Below, in pieces: positions 13,694 through 26,971 of a stretch of DNA of 64,000 nt; the stretch's first letter is position 1, and every line of letters begins with the position of its first letter. A program made the position numbers and the translations under genes. This DNA comes from the human T2T-CHM13v2.0 reference genome, Homo sapiens: assembly GCF_009914755.1 (NCBI RefSeq), contig NC_060926.1; one strand, written 5' to 3'. Below the pieces are notes generated by a model. It was not told where the DNA came from. It was given only the letters and a program-made list of their open reading frames with translations, and did not search any database.

Positions 13694-13909
13694 TGAAACA
13701 TATTTTCTGACAATTAAGTTGGCATAGATATGTATATATTTTTTAATAAAACAGTCAGTGTTGAAGGTTGGGAAAGTGCCTGGAAGAATAAACAAGTACA
13801 ATCTTCCCAGACAAAAATGTAGGCACATGAACCAGTATCCTTAAAAAGTATGATACCCTTGAACCCAGTGTACCATGTCTAGGAATTTACCTTAAGTGAA
13901 AAATGATGT

Positions 13910-15015
13910 TCTGGTATACAGAAATAGATATAACTCAATGGAATAGAATAGAGAATCCAGAAATAAACCCACATATTTCAACAGCTTGTTATCTGACAAA
14001 GGTCTTATATCTAAAATATAATAAAGAACTCATCCAACTTAATAATAATTGAAGACATACCACTCCATGTCAAAAAATGGGAAAAATAATTGAGCCAAAG
14101 AAAATACATTTCACTAAAAATATACACATGGCCCATATGCTCATTATAAAGTGCTCCATCTCATTAGTCATCAGGGAAATGAGACTTAAAACCACATGAG
14201 CTAGCACTCCATACCCACTAGAAGGGCTAAAATTAAAAAGACTGGCAGTATCAAATGGTGGTGAAGACATAGATTAACTAAAATTCCTGTACATTGTTGG
14301 TGGGAAAATAAAATGTAAAAAGCAACTTTGGAAGGCAATCTGGCAGTTTTGTATAACATTAAAGATACACCTTTACTAAGATCCAGCAATTTTACTTCTA
14401 GGTATTTATCCAAGAGAAATGAGTACATATGTCTAAGCAAAGACTTTTACACAAAAATTTATAGCAGCTTTATTTGTAATAGTTCTAAACTGAAACACCC
14501 AAATGTCCAATTAATGAACCATCAAATATAGATAATTAAATAATGGATAATCAAATAGAAACTAATGGATAATTAAATTGAAAATAAAAATAGTAAACCT
14601 ATCAGATAAAAAAGTAATTGTAGAGAAAACATAAGTAGGTAATTTCATATAATTAAATAGTACTCAGAATAAAGATAAAAACTGGTAACATGCAACAACA
14701 TGAATGAATCTCAAAAAGATCTCAGAAAATAAGAGTATATGTGGTATAATTCCATTTATATGAAACTCTAGAATAGGCAAAACTCATCTATAGGCAGATC
14801 AGTGGTTGCCTTTGATCAAGGGGTTGGTGGTGTTGACTACAAAGGGACTTAAGAGAACTTCTTGAGGACATGAAAAAAGTTCTAAACTTTGATTCTGGTG
14901 GTGGTTATACATGTGTATACCTTTGTCAAAACTTTTGAAAATGATTTAAATAATAAACCAAGACTGTTTATTATACTGTATGTAAATTATACCTTTTAGA
15001 AGCTTATTAAAAATT
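13910..15015 (+). mobile_element. L1M (MB/MC/ME-class) 3' region
   Basis: aatggaatagaatagagaatccagaaataaaccc...gatccagcaattttacttctagg...atgtaaattatacc. Confidence 0.8.
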
Positions 15016-15019
15016 TGAA

Positions 15020-16130
15020 ATAAATGATGCCCAGAATTTATGTACTAGTCTGTTAATTATAGCATTATTCACAATGGTAAGAATATACATTTAATGGAAG
15101 TATTAAAAGATAATTTATATGGGTACCCATTAAAATTATGTAAGTAAAGACTACTTAATAATGTGAAAAATAAAATACTATAAGTGGGGAAAAGTGATAT
15201 ACGTTTGTAAAAAATAGTTTATATACAGATTTAAAATTATTGGCAGGAAATATACAATTCATTAACTGGTTGTCTCAGGATAATACATTCTTGGTATTTC
15301 TTATTTTCTTCTTTGTACTTATCTCTGTTTCATTTTCAGATTAAACACACTTTTTTTAATTTGGAAAAATAATGCAATATGTTTGAGAAAAACAAAATAA
15401 AAATAATAAACTAATAGATAAATAATCACCAGAGAAAATATAAATGAATAATATTAACATTTAATAAAAATTTCAACATTACTACTAATTAAGTACATAA
15501 ACAACAGATACTTTTGTGATTAACAAATTAGCAAATATGAAATATATGAAAACAACAAATATTTCTTCAGAATGAAATACCTACTGCTTGAAAGCCTATT
15601 TCACTTTGTTATGACAATATAAATTAGTAAAGCATTTCTGGAAAGCAATTTATAATATGCACCAAAAAACCTTAAAGTTCTTCACTCTTTTGATGTAATA
15701 ATTGTACTTCTGAAGCGTCCTTAGGAAATTTTTCCTCAATATCAATGGTGACGAATGCACAATGATGTTCACTACAATGTTATTTATACTTTGATAAACT
15801 GCAAACAACCAAAATCTCTCAAATTTGAAGAAAAATTTTAAGTGATTTTAATACATTTACTTAAGAACTTATTATCCAGTATTTTTAAATGATATGGGTT
15901 TTAATAATATGGGGGATACTCATTTCTATAATGTTAGGTTAAAATAGTTACGAAATTGTATATAAAGTACTATTTCAAGTATACTGTATATCAAAATCAA
16001 TGGAAAAAAGTTAGAATGAATATCCTAAAGTACATATAGGTTATGACTGGGCAGAAAGGTTTCTCATAATTTTCCCTTTATTTTTAATGCACTTCCCTAT
16101 TTTGAAAGAAGTCAATAATAAACAGGTAGA
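15020..16130 (+). mobile_element. Degraded L1ME fragments
   Basis: A-rich; gcatttctggaaagcaattt, atgttcactacaatgttattt and other L1ME 3' motifs. Confidence 0.5.
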
Positions 16131-16225
16131 AATTTAATAACGTCTTCCAGTAAGACTCAGGAACTAAAATATTCCCAGATGAAGGTGAACAGATTCAGGT
16201 AACTTGCTATTTAATGTGGCATCAG

Positions 16226-16528
16226 GGCCAGGCGTGGTGACTCAGGCCTGTAATCTCAGCACTGTGGGAGGCCAAGGCGGGAGGATCCTTTGAGCCCAGG
16301 AGTTCAAGGTCAACCTGGGCAAGATGGCAAAACTCGTCTTTACAAAAAATTTACAAATTAGCCGGGTGTGGTGGTGCGTGCCTGTGGTTCCAGCTACTTG
16401 GGAGATGGAGGCAGGAGGATTGCCTGAGCCCAGGAATTAGAGGGGGCAGTAAGCTATGATCACACCACTGTACTCCAGCCTGGGAGACAAAGAGAGATTG
16501 CATCTCTAAAGTAAATAAAGAAAGAAAG
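16226..16528 (+). mobile_element. AluJ
   Basis: Dimeric Alu with GGAGGATC...GAGCCCAGGAG J diagnostics. Confidence 0.95.
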
Positions 16529-17699
16529 TAGAATTATTTAGTCTTCTAGTTTCTGGTGAAATTGAAAAGGGTAATGAATTTTGGGACTCAAAGTACTTTG
16601 ATGCCCGGAGAGTAAATAATTAGGCATTTAACAAATTTAGTTTTGTATATTGGATTCTTAGCATACCAGGGACATGATGGTTAATAAATGCTCATTACAC
16701 TAAATAGAAATGAAAAAATTATTGAAAATGTATGTGAATGTATGTATGTACATAAACATATATATACACATACACAACATAAAGCAATCTCCCCACTTGG
16801 ACAATAATATAATATGTAACAAAGTTTCAACTACATATGCAGAGAAAATTGGAATGAGTACAAACCCATTTTGCAGTTGTCAATAAAGTACAAATCTTAA
16901 TCTTTGGGGAGCAGAACAAATAAAAGTGTCTATGGAAATGAAAGTGCTGCCCTATAGCCCAGGGAGAAAAGAGCAAAGAGGAAGGCTTTTTTCCTCCCTT
17001 ATCCAATCACGGCTGACCCCAGGGTAGAGCTGTGAAAAGAGAGAAAGTAAAGAAACAAGGCAATCTAGATTACCAGTCTATGCCTTGTGAATAATTCATT
17101 AAGAATCATCCTTAACAGAGTAGGGGGAGAAGGCAAGACATTTCCCTCTGGCTTCCTGTGCTACTCTCTGTGAAAGCAGCATCCGGCACACGGGATGGTA
17201 GAGATGGCCTAGGGGCAGCGGTGAGACTCGATGAGTAGGGTTAAAGAAGCAAGTAGGTTAATGCAGGTAGCCTAAGGCGGACATGGGAGTGAGGGCAGGC
17301 CTTGCTGGGCCAGGCTTCTGAGAAGGATGAATGCTAGCACAAGGGACACATTTTCTGCAAGGATTAGGCTGAGTCAGAGCTTTGGGTGAGAACTTTCCTA
17401 TTTGATCCCAGCCAGCTTCCTGCTGGGGTGCAAAGTATCAGCTGCGAAAACACGTTCATGCGTATTTTCTTGTTAATAGCAATCTTTAATTCAAAAGATC
17501 GAAAGTAAATCTATTTTGGCTGCAGGACGCCAACATAGATTAGGATATAAGTCGAGGCTTGTGTGTTAATATGCCTTCCTCAATGCACGTTCAATGTAAT
17601 AAGATAACATTGTTCCGTTCAGGTGCTGAATACATCCTTGTGCTGGGCTGTGCTGTTTGAGGGCGTCACCAAATTCTGTTTTCCTATTTCCCAGTAAGC

Positions 17700-17830
17700 C
17701 ATGTAAGGCAAGTGATAATATCCTCATGTTGCAGATGAGAGATCAGGGCACAGAGAGTTTAAGCAACGAATCCAAGTTCCCTGAGCAAGTGCACCCTGGA
17801 AAATAAGCAGAGCCCAAGTCCCCAAATCCC
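17700..17830 (-). mobile_element. MIR fragment
   Basis: atcctcatgttgcagatgagagatcagggcacagagagtttaag. Confidence 0.6.
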
Positions 17831-19718
17831 TTTATTATCCCTACAGCGATGCATCTAATAGCCCATTTTAATCCAGCATTCAAACCATTTTTAACATTAT
17901 GTACAGCTTTTCCTTTGAGTAGGCTGTATAATAACCAAGCCTTTAGGAAAATACATATTTAGCACTATAAACATTTAAAAAATAAACCTTAACTATTCAA
18001 CAATCTTTTCACCTATCGACATCTGGTGCTGAAAATTTCTACTGTGCTGAAACAGTTTATGATATTACTAACAATTACTGCTGGGTATCAAGCCACATAA
18101 ATATTTAATGATACCATTAATTTCTGAAAGGAAAAAAGAGAATTTTCACATTAGGTTTAAATGAATATGGAATTTATTTCCCCATATTTTGCACTGATAT
18201 TTAATTTGAAGTTCTTGAATTAAGGCCTCCTGTCTGTGATTGATGAGAATTTGTTATGGCTCTTTAGGCCTCTCTGTTCACCTTTAAATATGGGCTTCCT
18301 TCCCCCTCGTGCAAGACATAAAAATGGGAATGTCCAACTCTATCAGACCAGCACCTGCTGACCATCCGTCTGTTGGACTTCTTAATGTCCTCCCTCCTGC
18401 TTGTTTCTTGGATGCCTGAGAGATTTCGCTTTACATTTGCTAAGACTGGTTCATTAAAATACTAATCTTAAACTGTAATTATCTGTTGGTTCATATCGGT
18501 GGTTGAACCACAGTGGCGCTGATATCTTCTAACTGCAGGAGAATTTCACATCTGTTCTCATCCCCTGGAGTCTTGAGCAAGACGTGGTGCTGGAAAGGAG
18601 GCAGTTTGAAAGAGATGTAGAGAACGGCGTTTTAAGAAAAGCGACAAAGGCAGGCAGGAAGAATTATAAATCTGGTAAATAGACTCAATTGTAAAACTAT
18701 TCATGATAATACCTTCTGGGGAAAAAGCGAAAGCAATCAAATAGGAAGCATGCCAGGTAACAGTGCTGTTGTCAGGTTGGGAGGATCTTAACTGTGCAGT
18801 AGCTCGTGTAATTCTAGGAGCGTTTGCAATCTGCTGGCCCAAGTGGGTGAGAAGTGGGGTGGGGTGGGTTATACCTTGTTTTACGATAAAGGTCAAGAAT
18901 ATCTTTAGCCTGGTGTGGTATCAGCCAGCCTAGGGAATGCCCATTGGTTGGCAGAACTGAATGCAATTATCTGATGTAAGCCATAAATAAGTGAGAAGAA
19001 AATCAAAAAGCAAACAGAAAAACAGAGCGGGTTTTAGAAAAGAAATAGGAATACAAAGATGGATAGGAAGGAAGAAGAAAGCAAGGGGGAGAACACACAC
19101 ACCCTGGGGAAGAGCAGCCATATTTTTTGAGCACCAACTACACACAAGGTACTGTAGAAGGAAGGATAAAAAGAAGGGCTGTTCACTGAAGGTTTATTGT
19201 ATGCTTGGTGATTTGCTTCTTTGGGTCAGGTGGGTATCATCTGCAGCATGCAGATGAGGAGATTGCGGCTTGGAGGGATCAGATTCTGACTTTGAGACCC
19301 TGGTTGTCTAATTACTTACTCTGTGTCTTTTTCATTATATGATGTTGCTTTTTAATATTTCAGGGAGATGCAGAAATGAATAAGACACATATCTTTCCTT
19401 TAAAGAGCTCAAGGTCTTAGTACAAATCATAAAGCAGTGTCATCCATATGTTACAGAAACTTGCCTCATTCATCTGGGGCTCTGGCTTGCATACGAATCT
19501 CCGCTTTGGTAGGTGGGAAGACTCTAGATAACATTTTATTTCCAGGTGAACACCACCCACACAGGCAGTTGGCTTTGACATGGATCAGGCCCTGCCACTG
19601 TCTATCATAGGAGAGGTCGGTTACTCTGGTTTAAGGCAAAGCTAGTGTGGAGGAATATCAGGAGAATTCTCTGCAACACAGAGGCCACTTTATCATTTTC
19701 CAGAGACTGTTTCTTTTT

Positions 19719-20072
19719 ATTTCCTTCCCCTTCCTTTATTTCATTTTTTCCTCATTTTCTTCTTCCTTTCTCTTTCCTTCTTTCTTTCTTACAGGGTCTC
19801 TCTCTGTCTCCCAGGCTGGAGTACAGTGGCACAATGATAGCTCACTGTAATCTCAAACTCCTGGGTGCAAATGTTCCTCCTGCCTCAGCCTTCTGAGGAG
19901 CTGGATCTACAGGCACACACCACCATCCCTAGCTAAATATTTAAGATTTTTTGTAGAGACAGGAAGTCTTGCTATTTTGCCCAGGCTAGTCTTGAACTCT
20001 TGGCCCAAGTGATCCTCTCACCTTGGCTTCCCAAAGTGCTGGGATTTCAGGCATGAGCAAAAGCATCTGGCC
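19719..20072 (-). mobile_element. AluJ with pyrimidine-rich decayed tail
   Basis: TSD tgtttcttttt 19708-19718 / 20073-20083. Confidence 0.93.
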
Positions 20073-22305
20073 TGTTTCTTTTTCTGTTAGTGTATTCCAT
20101 ACTTAGGTCCTGACTTGAATAAAACTATAAAATCGTCCAATAGCCTCTTCTCACCTCATGGCTTCCACCCCTACCCAACCACTATCAGAAGAAACTACAA
20201 AAGATTCAAAATTTTTCTTGAGTTACCTTCCCACCCTCCCAACCCCCACACAATAAGCTACATAAATTAACTTGAAGAGAAAAAATGATAGAAATAGAGT
20301 GACAAATGAAGCCAGAGGGATGACTATTTCTTTGACAGAGAGTGTTCAATGCTTCAAATACAGTACAAAATGTTGCTGCCTCCGTCTACATTGGATGTGA
20401 GAACTAAATTGCCAGGTGCTAAGAACAACAACAACAACAACAAAAAGTGAAAGATTTTTAAATCTTTGAGCAGACAAATAAGCTTTAACAATGGCCAAAG
20501 CAAAGAGAAGATAGGGAAGTTTAGGAAGAAGGAAGGGAAAAAGAACTTCTCTATTCTGAGTGTAGAAGGAGGTAAAGCAAATGAATGCTAAATCAAACTT
20601 AATGAGAACTAAATCAAAGGATGTTCTATTGACAAATTAATTTGGAAATCATTTAAGAAAAATTGTGCTTTGGCTTTTATTTATGTCTGCTGGAGTGAAT
20701 GGGCCATGTTCTCTCGCCTGTATTAAATAGCAAGTATTTAACCCAGGAACTTAAAGTCCATTTTTCTTTTATATCGTCAGGACCCAGTGACTGAACTGTT
20801 AATAATTTAGCTAATTGAGTAAAACCTAATGCTTCGAGTGTTGATGCAGGGAAATAAAAATTCAAGATTTCCTGTAGATATGGGATGCATAATATTTAAT
20901 GCTTCAGAGATCATCAGTAAAATAAAATATTAAAGCCATACATACCCTCTGAGAGTCTAACTAATGAACGTCTCCCAGCTGTTGTTGAAAAATCAGCAGC
21001 AGCATCAGTACCAATTTCAAGACAAAGCACAGCTGACAGATGTTTGAAGGGATAAATCAGGCTGTACAAGGATTAAAATAATAAGTCCCCAGGGCCTTCT
21101 AAAGGCAGAGGTGCCACAGTAAACTATTTCCAGCCACTTGAGTACAAGTGAAATATGCATCCTGGGGGTCATTATCCAGCAACCCAGTAGGCATTGGAGA
21201 GGTTCGCATATTACTAAAACCTAGCACAGGTTCTAACCACACTGAGCTTTAAGTAAGGACAGCTTTTACTGTTACTTCTTTGTTTTAAGGGAGTCTCAAG
21301 GATTCTAATTCAGTTACAATGTTTGGGACATAATGTGACTAAATGTGAACTTGGCCAATAAAATGAAACATAACAACAGTGATTATGCATGTACATGTTA
21401 ACCTATGCTTAGCATGTAATACAGTTATTACTAAAATGTATGATAAATAACCTCCTAACTGAGAAACATGCACTTACTGAGAACCCATCATGTGTCTACT
21501 CCTGTTTATCCTTTAGCAAGGCAGGTTAGGCGGGATCTTATTTAAAACATAAGAGGTTAGTCCTCTTTCCAAACTTAGGCAACCTCTGACATTCACAGGC
21601 TTTTCCTGCGCCACCAGCCTGGACATGACTTTATTACACCACTTGCTAAATTACATTGTAATGATTTGAACGTATGTGAATTGCATTCCCTTGCCCATAC
21701 CCGAATGTGAACCTATTTAGGGCAAAACCTAGATCAGAGTCAGCTTTTGTCTCACAGACCCTTGACAATGCCTGGGATACAGGATATTTGATAAAGGTCT
21801 AGCCTTTTCCTATGTGCTTTGGGAGCACCCGAACTATATGTCAATGTTCCTGACTAAAATGTGTCCTCAGGCTATTAAAGTATAAAATACAAGTAGATAT
21901 ACCATCTTGAAACAAGTTCTATGGAAGGTAATGACTGACAGATATAACCCAGGCTCTGTAAGCCAGGGGCTGGTCACTCCAGCTTTATGTTAGAATCACT
22001 GCCCCTTAAAGAAGTACAGTCTACAAACTATCAGCAGTTCAAGATAGATACTTCTGTGTTTGGAAACTTGTATGGCAAGTTGATATTAGAACATTATTTA
22101 ATCATTTGATTGTGCATGTTATAAAAGCATCAGATTGGCACCTAAACAACAGCTGGTTATTTATACAGATAGTTTGAGAAACACAGTCCTAGAAAGCTTA
22201 TGCCATCTCAGACCAATTAAATCAGAAGGAGGGGAAATGGGAGCCTGCACATCTTCAAGGTATTTAGCTCCTTTAGAAGATTCTACTGTAGTGATATTTT
22301 AAGGG

Positions 22306-22914
<609 letters not shown>

Positions 22915-23269
22915 AATAATATTATTAAAAATAAACATTAAGATCCTTTTTTTCCTTCTTGATTTGAGATATGGAATTCTCATATTAAATATACGTATAT
23001 TTTAAGTCATGTCTGAGGCATTTTGAGACAATAAATAATCATTCTTTTAAAAAAGAAAGCTTTTTATAGTAAAGATGAAACAATAACATGTAGTACTATG
23101 CTTATTTTGGCAGTCTAAAGACCCAGAGTGTCTTCTGTCTAATCCCTCTTAGTAGATTTTACTCAGTAACTGATTTTGGTGCTGCCATTACAATTTGAGG
23201 GAAGTTCCCATTATCTAAATGAATTCCCTGAATTTATTCTACACTATCACTGCCAAGTTGGTCATCCTG

Positions 23270-23600
23270 CCTGTCTTTGAACGTGGTGTGACAGGGAGCT
23301 AACTATCTCCCAAGGGAACCTATTTCATCTTTAAATTCTCTGTTAAAATTCTTGTTTCTACTAAGCTGAAATCTGTCTGCCTAGAACTTTATTCAGTGGT
23401 CCTCGTTCTCTCTCTCTTTCTAGAGTCTTACAGAACAAGCTCAGTGATTCTTCCATAAAATCAACATTCATATAGCTGAGGATGTTTGTATTACTGAGTA
23501 AGCCCCTCTTCGGACCAAATGCCTCCACTTTTTAATCAAAAACCATTCTTCAATTCTCATAACCATCCTGGTGACTTCACTCTGATTGTGATCCTGTTCC
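23270..23600 (-). mobile_element. CR1/L3 fragment
   Basis: gacagggagctaactatctcccaaggg...agctgaaatctgtctgcctagaacttt. Confidence 0.5.
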
Positions 23601-23807
23601 TTCATATTCCCCATAAAAATGTAATATGATCAATGAATTCCAGAAACATTTATTAAATCCTTACAATGTGAGAAGGATGCAAAGTTGAAAACCAGGATTT
23701 CTGCTCTATATGTGTTTACAGTTTTATGTATCAGAGTGTTTTAATGGAAAACAATCTATGCCTGTGGTCTGACCATTACAGAACATACTATGTCTATTAA
23801 TAAAAAG

Positions 23808-23990
23808 ATAACAAATATTTACTAAGAATTTTCTCTGTGCCTGTTATCTCATTTAGACCTCACAACAACCCTGAGAGGCAGGTATTATTCTACTATCCTT
23901 ATTTTACAGCTGAGGGAACTGATGCTTAAGGAATTAAGTTGGCAGTGTAAGCAAGAAAGTAGCAGAGCTGCTGTAGTCTATATTAAATGA
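23808..23990 (-). mobile_element. MIR
   Basis: ctcacaacaaccctgagaggcaggtattatt...attttacagctgagggaactga. Confidence 0.8.
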
Positions 23991-24281
23991 CATGCTCTAG
24001 AAAAGTTAAGAAGTTGTTTAAGGATGTTAACCAATTGGCCAGATTAACCAATGTTCTCCATTGGATCTTGCTGATGCCCAAGTATCCCGAATGCACACAG
24101 CTGGTGGGCTGTTCTCTAGGATCTATCCAATTATTTTGAATTTTATGTGAGACAGCTGTTTGTCCCCATCCTGTTTATGCCAGTTATAGTTGTCATTTTA
24201 ATTACGTAACTTAATAAAGTATTTATTAGATAGGCTGATGAATATGAATGAGAAAAAAGTTGTTCTTTATATGAAAATTAA

Positions 24282-24581
24282 GGCCAGGTGTCGTGGTTCA
24301 CGCCTGTAATCCCAGCACTTCTGGAGGCCAAAGCGGGAAGATTGCTTGAAGTCAGGAGTTTGAGAACAGTCTGGGCAACATAGAAAGACTTCATTTTTTT
24401 TTTAAGTAGGCAGGTGTGGTAGTGTGTACCTGAAGTCCCACCTACTCAGGAGGCTGAGGCTGGAAGATGACTTGAGCCCAGGTGGATGAGGCTATAGTGA
24501 GCTATGATTGCACCATTGCATTCCAGCCTGGGTAACACCGTGAGACCCTGTCTTTAAAATAAACTAAAATAAAGAAAAAAA
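24282..24581 (+). mobile_element. AluJ
   Basis: GGCCAGGTGTCGTGG...GAGCTATGATTGCACC...A-rich tail. Confidence 0.93.
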
Positions 24582-24745
24582 AGTTAAGGTGAATGCTTAG
24601 AGAAACTTGTTGCAGATGGGTCTCTTAAAAAATTGCTGTTCAATAAATGAGAGCAAGAAAACTATTAAGAGATAAAAGGAAAAATGTAAAAATTCTAGAA
24701 AGATTTAGATTGATTGGAAGATGACTTTAACTACTTGCCCCATGA

Positions 24746-24746
<1 letters not shown>

Positions 24747-24787
<41 letters not shown>
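24747..24787 (+). repeat. Pure poly(A)41
   Basis: 41 uninterrupted A. Confidence 0.95.
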
Positions 24788-24791
<4 letters not shown>

Positions 24792-25289
24792 AAGAAGAAG
24801 AAGCAACAGCTAGGAATCTTCTTAGATGATTCAATATGGGTGAGTTTTATTTAAATGACAAACTTCAGTCAGGGGATTCATATTCTGAAGGATGATATTC
24901 ACATATTGTTATAACCAATCAGAACACATATCAAACAAATGAGAACAAAGGCCAGCCACAAAATCCAGATATGGCCATACCAATGTGTACTTGATATGCC
25001 CTCAAAGGAAAAGGTTTGATCCTACATCAAATAATTTGTGAAAGAATGAACCTTCAGCATTTAAGTTTAAAAGTTTCATGTATGTTGGATATTTTTATGA
25101 ATCACTTGTGGCCTGATCTGGGGGGGAGAAAAGCTTCTACTACACTGTGAGTTGGAGCTGGGATCTAAAACTGGGTTGTCTGACCCCAAAGAGCATTTGC
25201 TTGACATCTGTGTGTACTGCCTCCAAATGCTTTATGCTATCACTTTCCTCTCACTAAATACCACAGTCTATTAATACAGTCTAGGGTTG

Positions 25290-25580
25290 CATAAGCATTC
25301 TGGGAAGCTTATGCACATTTGGAAAGCTTTTGCCATATTGATGACTCACAACTTTAGTTTATTTTCAACTAAAACTTTTCCATACTTGCTAACCATATAT
25401 CCTTTATCCTCTGGTGGTGGTGTTCTTTTTGTATCCAAGTGCCAGGTCTTAAAATTATCCCTTGTAACTTTCTTCTCTGTGGATTTGGCCCATCATTCTA
25501 GCCTGAGATCTTTTTGAATCCTGTCAGCCAATAGGTCCCTCTCTCTCTAAGCCTCATGTCATTAGCTAATTTAATAAGTA
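25290..25580 (-). mobile_element. CR1/L3 fragment
   Basis: ttggcccatcattctagcctgagatctttttgaatcctg is the reverse of the L3 RT motif. Confidence 0.6.
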
Positions 25581-26971
25581 AGACTTGTGTCTGCCCTTTT
25601 AAAATCTGACCTTGTCAGAAGACTCCCTGGACAGTCAAGCTGATTACTACAGATACTCCCTCCATTTCTCTCTTACTGAAATAATTTGTGATGGCAGTCA
25701 CAAATCTGACTGTCCCAAGATGCCAGGGCTGTCTCCTCTTATAGAGCCTCATGTGTGGCACTGTGCTTGTCTTGTCCATAACTGCACTTACCCTACTACA
25801 CAGGGCATTTAATAAATGTGTTTAAATCACAGAATTTCATTGTTTTTCTGGCATGGGACAACAGGAAAGCCGATCTGGAAAAACAACAATAACAACAAGA
25901 CAGCTGCTACTTTCCTCAGCCGTCACACACGCTGCCCACTTCACAACTATCTCCCCGGCCATGAACTTGAACTTGAGAGAAGAATGAGTATCAATGAATT
26001 AAGATGTTTTAGAAAGTATCTGAACATACAATTGAGCTGGCACTATTTTGTACATCAGGATTTTAATATTGCAAAGGACTGTATTGATTGCCTAAATCTA
26101 AAAATAATTTCATTAATGGAAGAAGATGTAATGTGATTTAATATGCAAATTAATGCTGCATTCACTGAAAACTATTAAACCAGCTCATTTAGCAATTTGA
26201 GTGAACATTGCTAATACATTTCCAGAGTTTTCTTTTTCCTCTACAATCATACTGAAAACTCCTGAAAGACAACAAATGTCTTTTAGTTCTGAATACTCTA
26301 TATAGCAGTCTAGAAATAGGCCAAGCTAATGTGAGGTATAGTGCTTATTATTCTTTGAATGTTGTTCTAAATTAAGGAGACAAGTTGCAGAAAAGTTAAC
26401 TACTGTGAACTGGAAAACCTCCAATTAAGTAGTTGGATTCCAACCTCTCCTTGACTCACAGGCTGGAGGACATTTATCAAAGCATAGGGACATCGGGACT
26501 GAAAACAAGGGCTGATTTAGACAACAAAAGCTCTGATTCACTCTCTCCATGTTGACAAAATATACTCTATACCCACAAACTTAAGCTGTGTCCATGCACA
26601 CACAAACCAGTCTGAAACAAAAACAAGTGAGCATTTAAATTTAGACCAATTATGACAGCAAAAGCTGTGTTCTTTGGCATTCTACCAAACAAAAAGCTTC
26701 AGAAACCAGCACTTCAAATACTCCCCTGGTCCACACATGTATTCTAGCAGCAGGGACTGGCAATGGAGCTAATTCCAATCAACGAGGAAGCTATTTAGGT
26801 CCCACAAGGCTGACTCTGAGAGTCGCTGGGGGATGCTGGGGTGCTGGCTCCACTCGAGACGGTACAACAGCCCCTTCTATCCTCTCAGGGAAACAGGGGC
26901 AGCTGCCCAGGGGAGGCTCACACTGCACTTTCTCTCCCATCCTAAATCCTACAGCAGCCTTCACAGTTTCT

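Larger units (their letters stand above)
24010..25140 (+). mobile_element. Ancient TcMar-Tigger element (Tigger15-like), interrupted by an Alu
   Basis: Degenerate CENP-B-type transposase start (M..KKVVL.MKIK...) across the Alu; terminal cttctact. Confidence 0.45.

Noticed and set aside
17610-17700. Exon-like segment ttgttccgttcag...ccca|gtaagc; also isolated donors (AAG|GTAAGT ~36378) and an acceptor (~38009)
   Set aside because: Splice-like motifs are common by chance, and no consistent multi-exon frame could be built.
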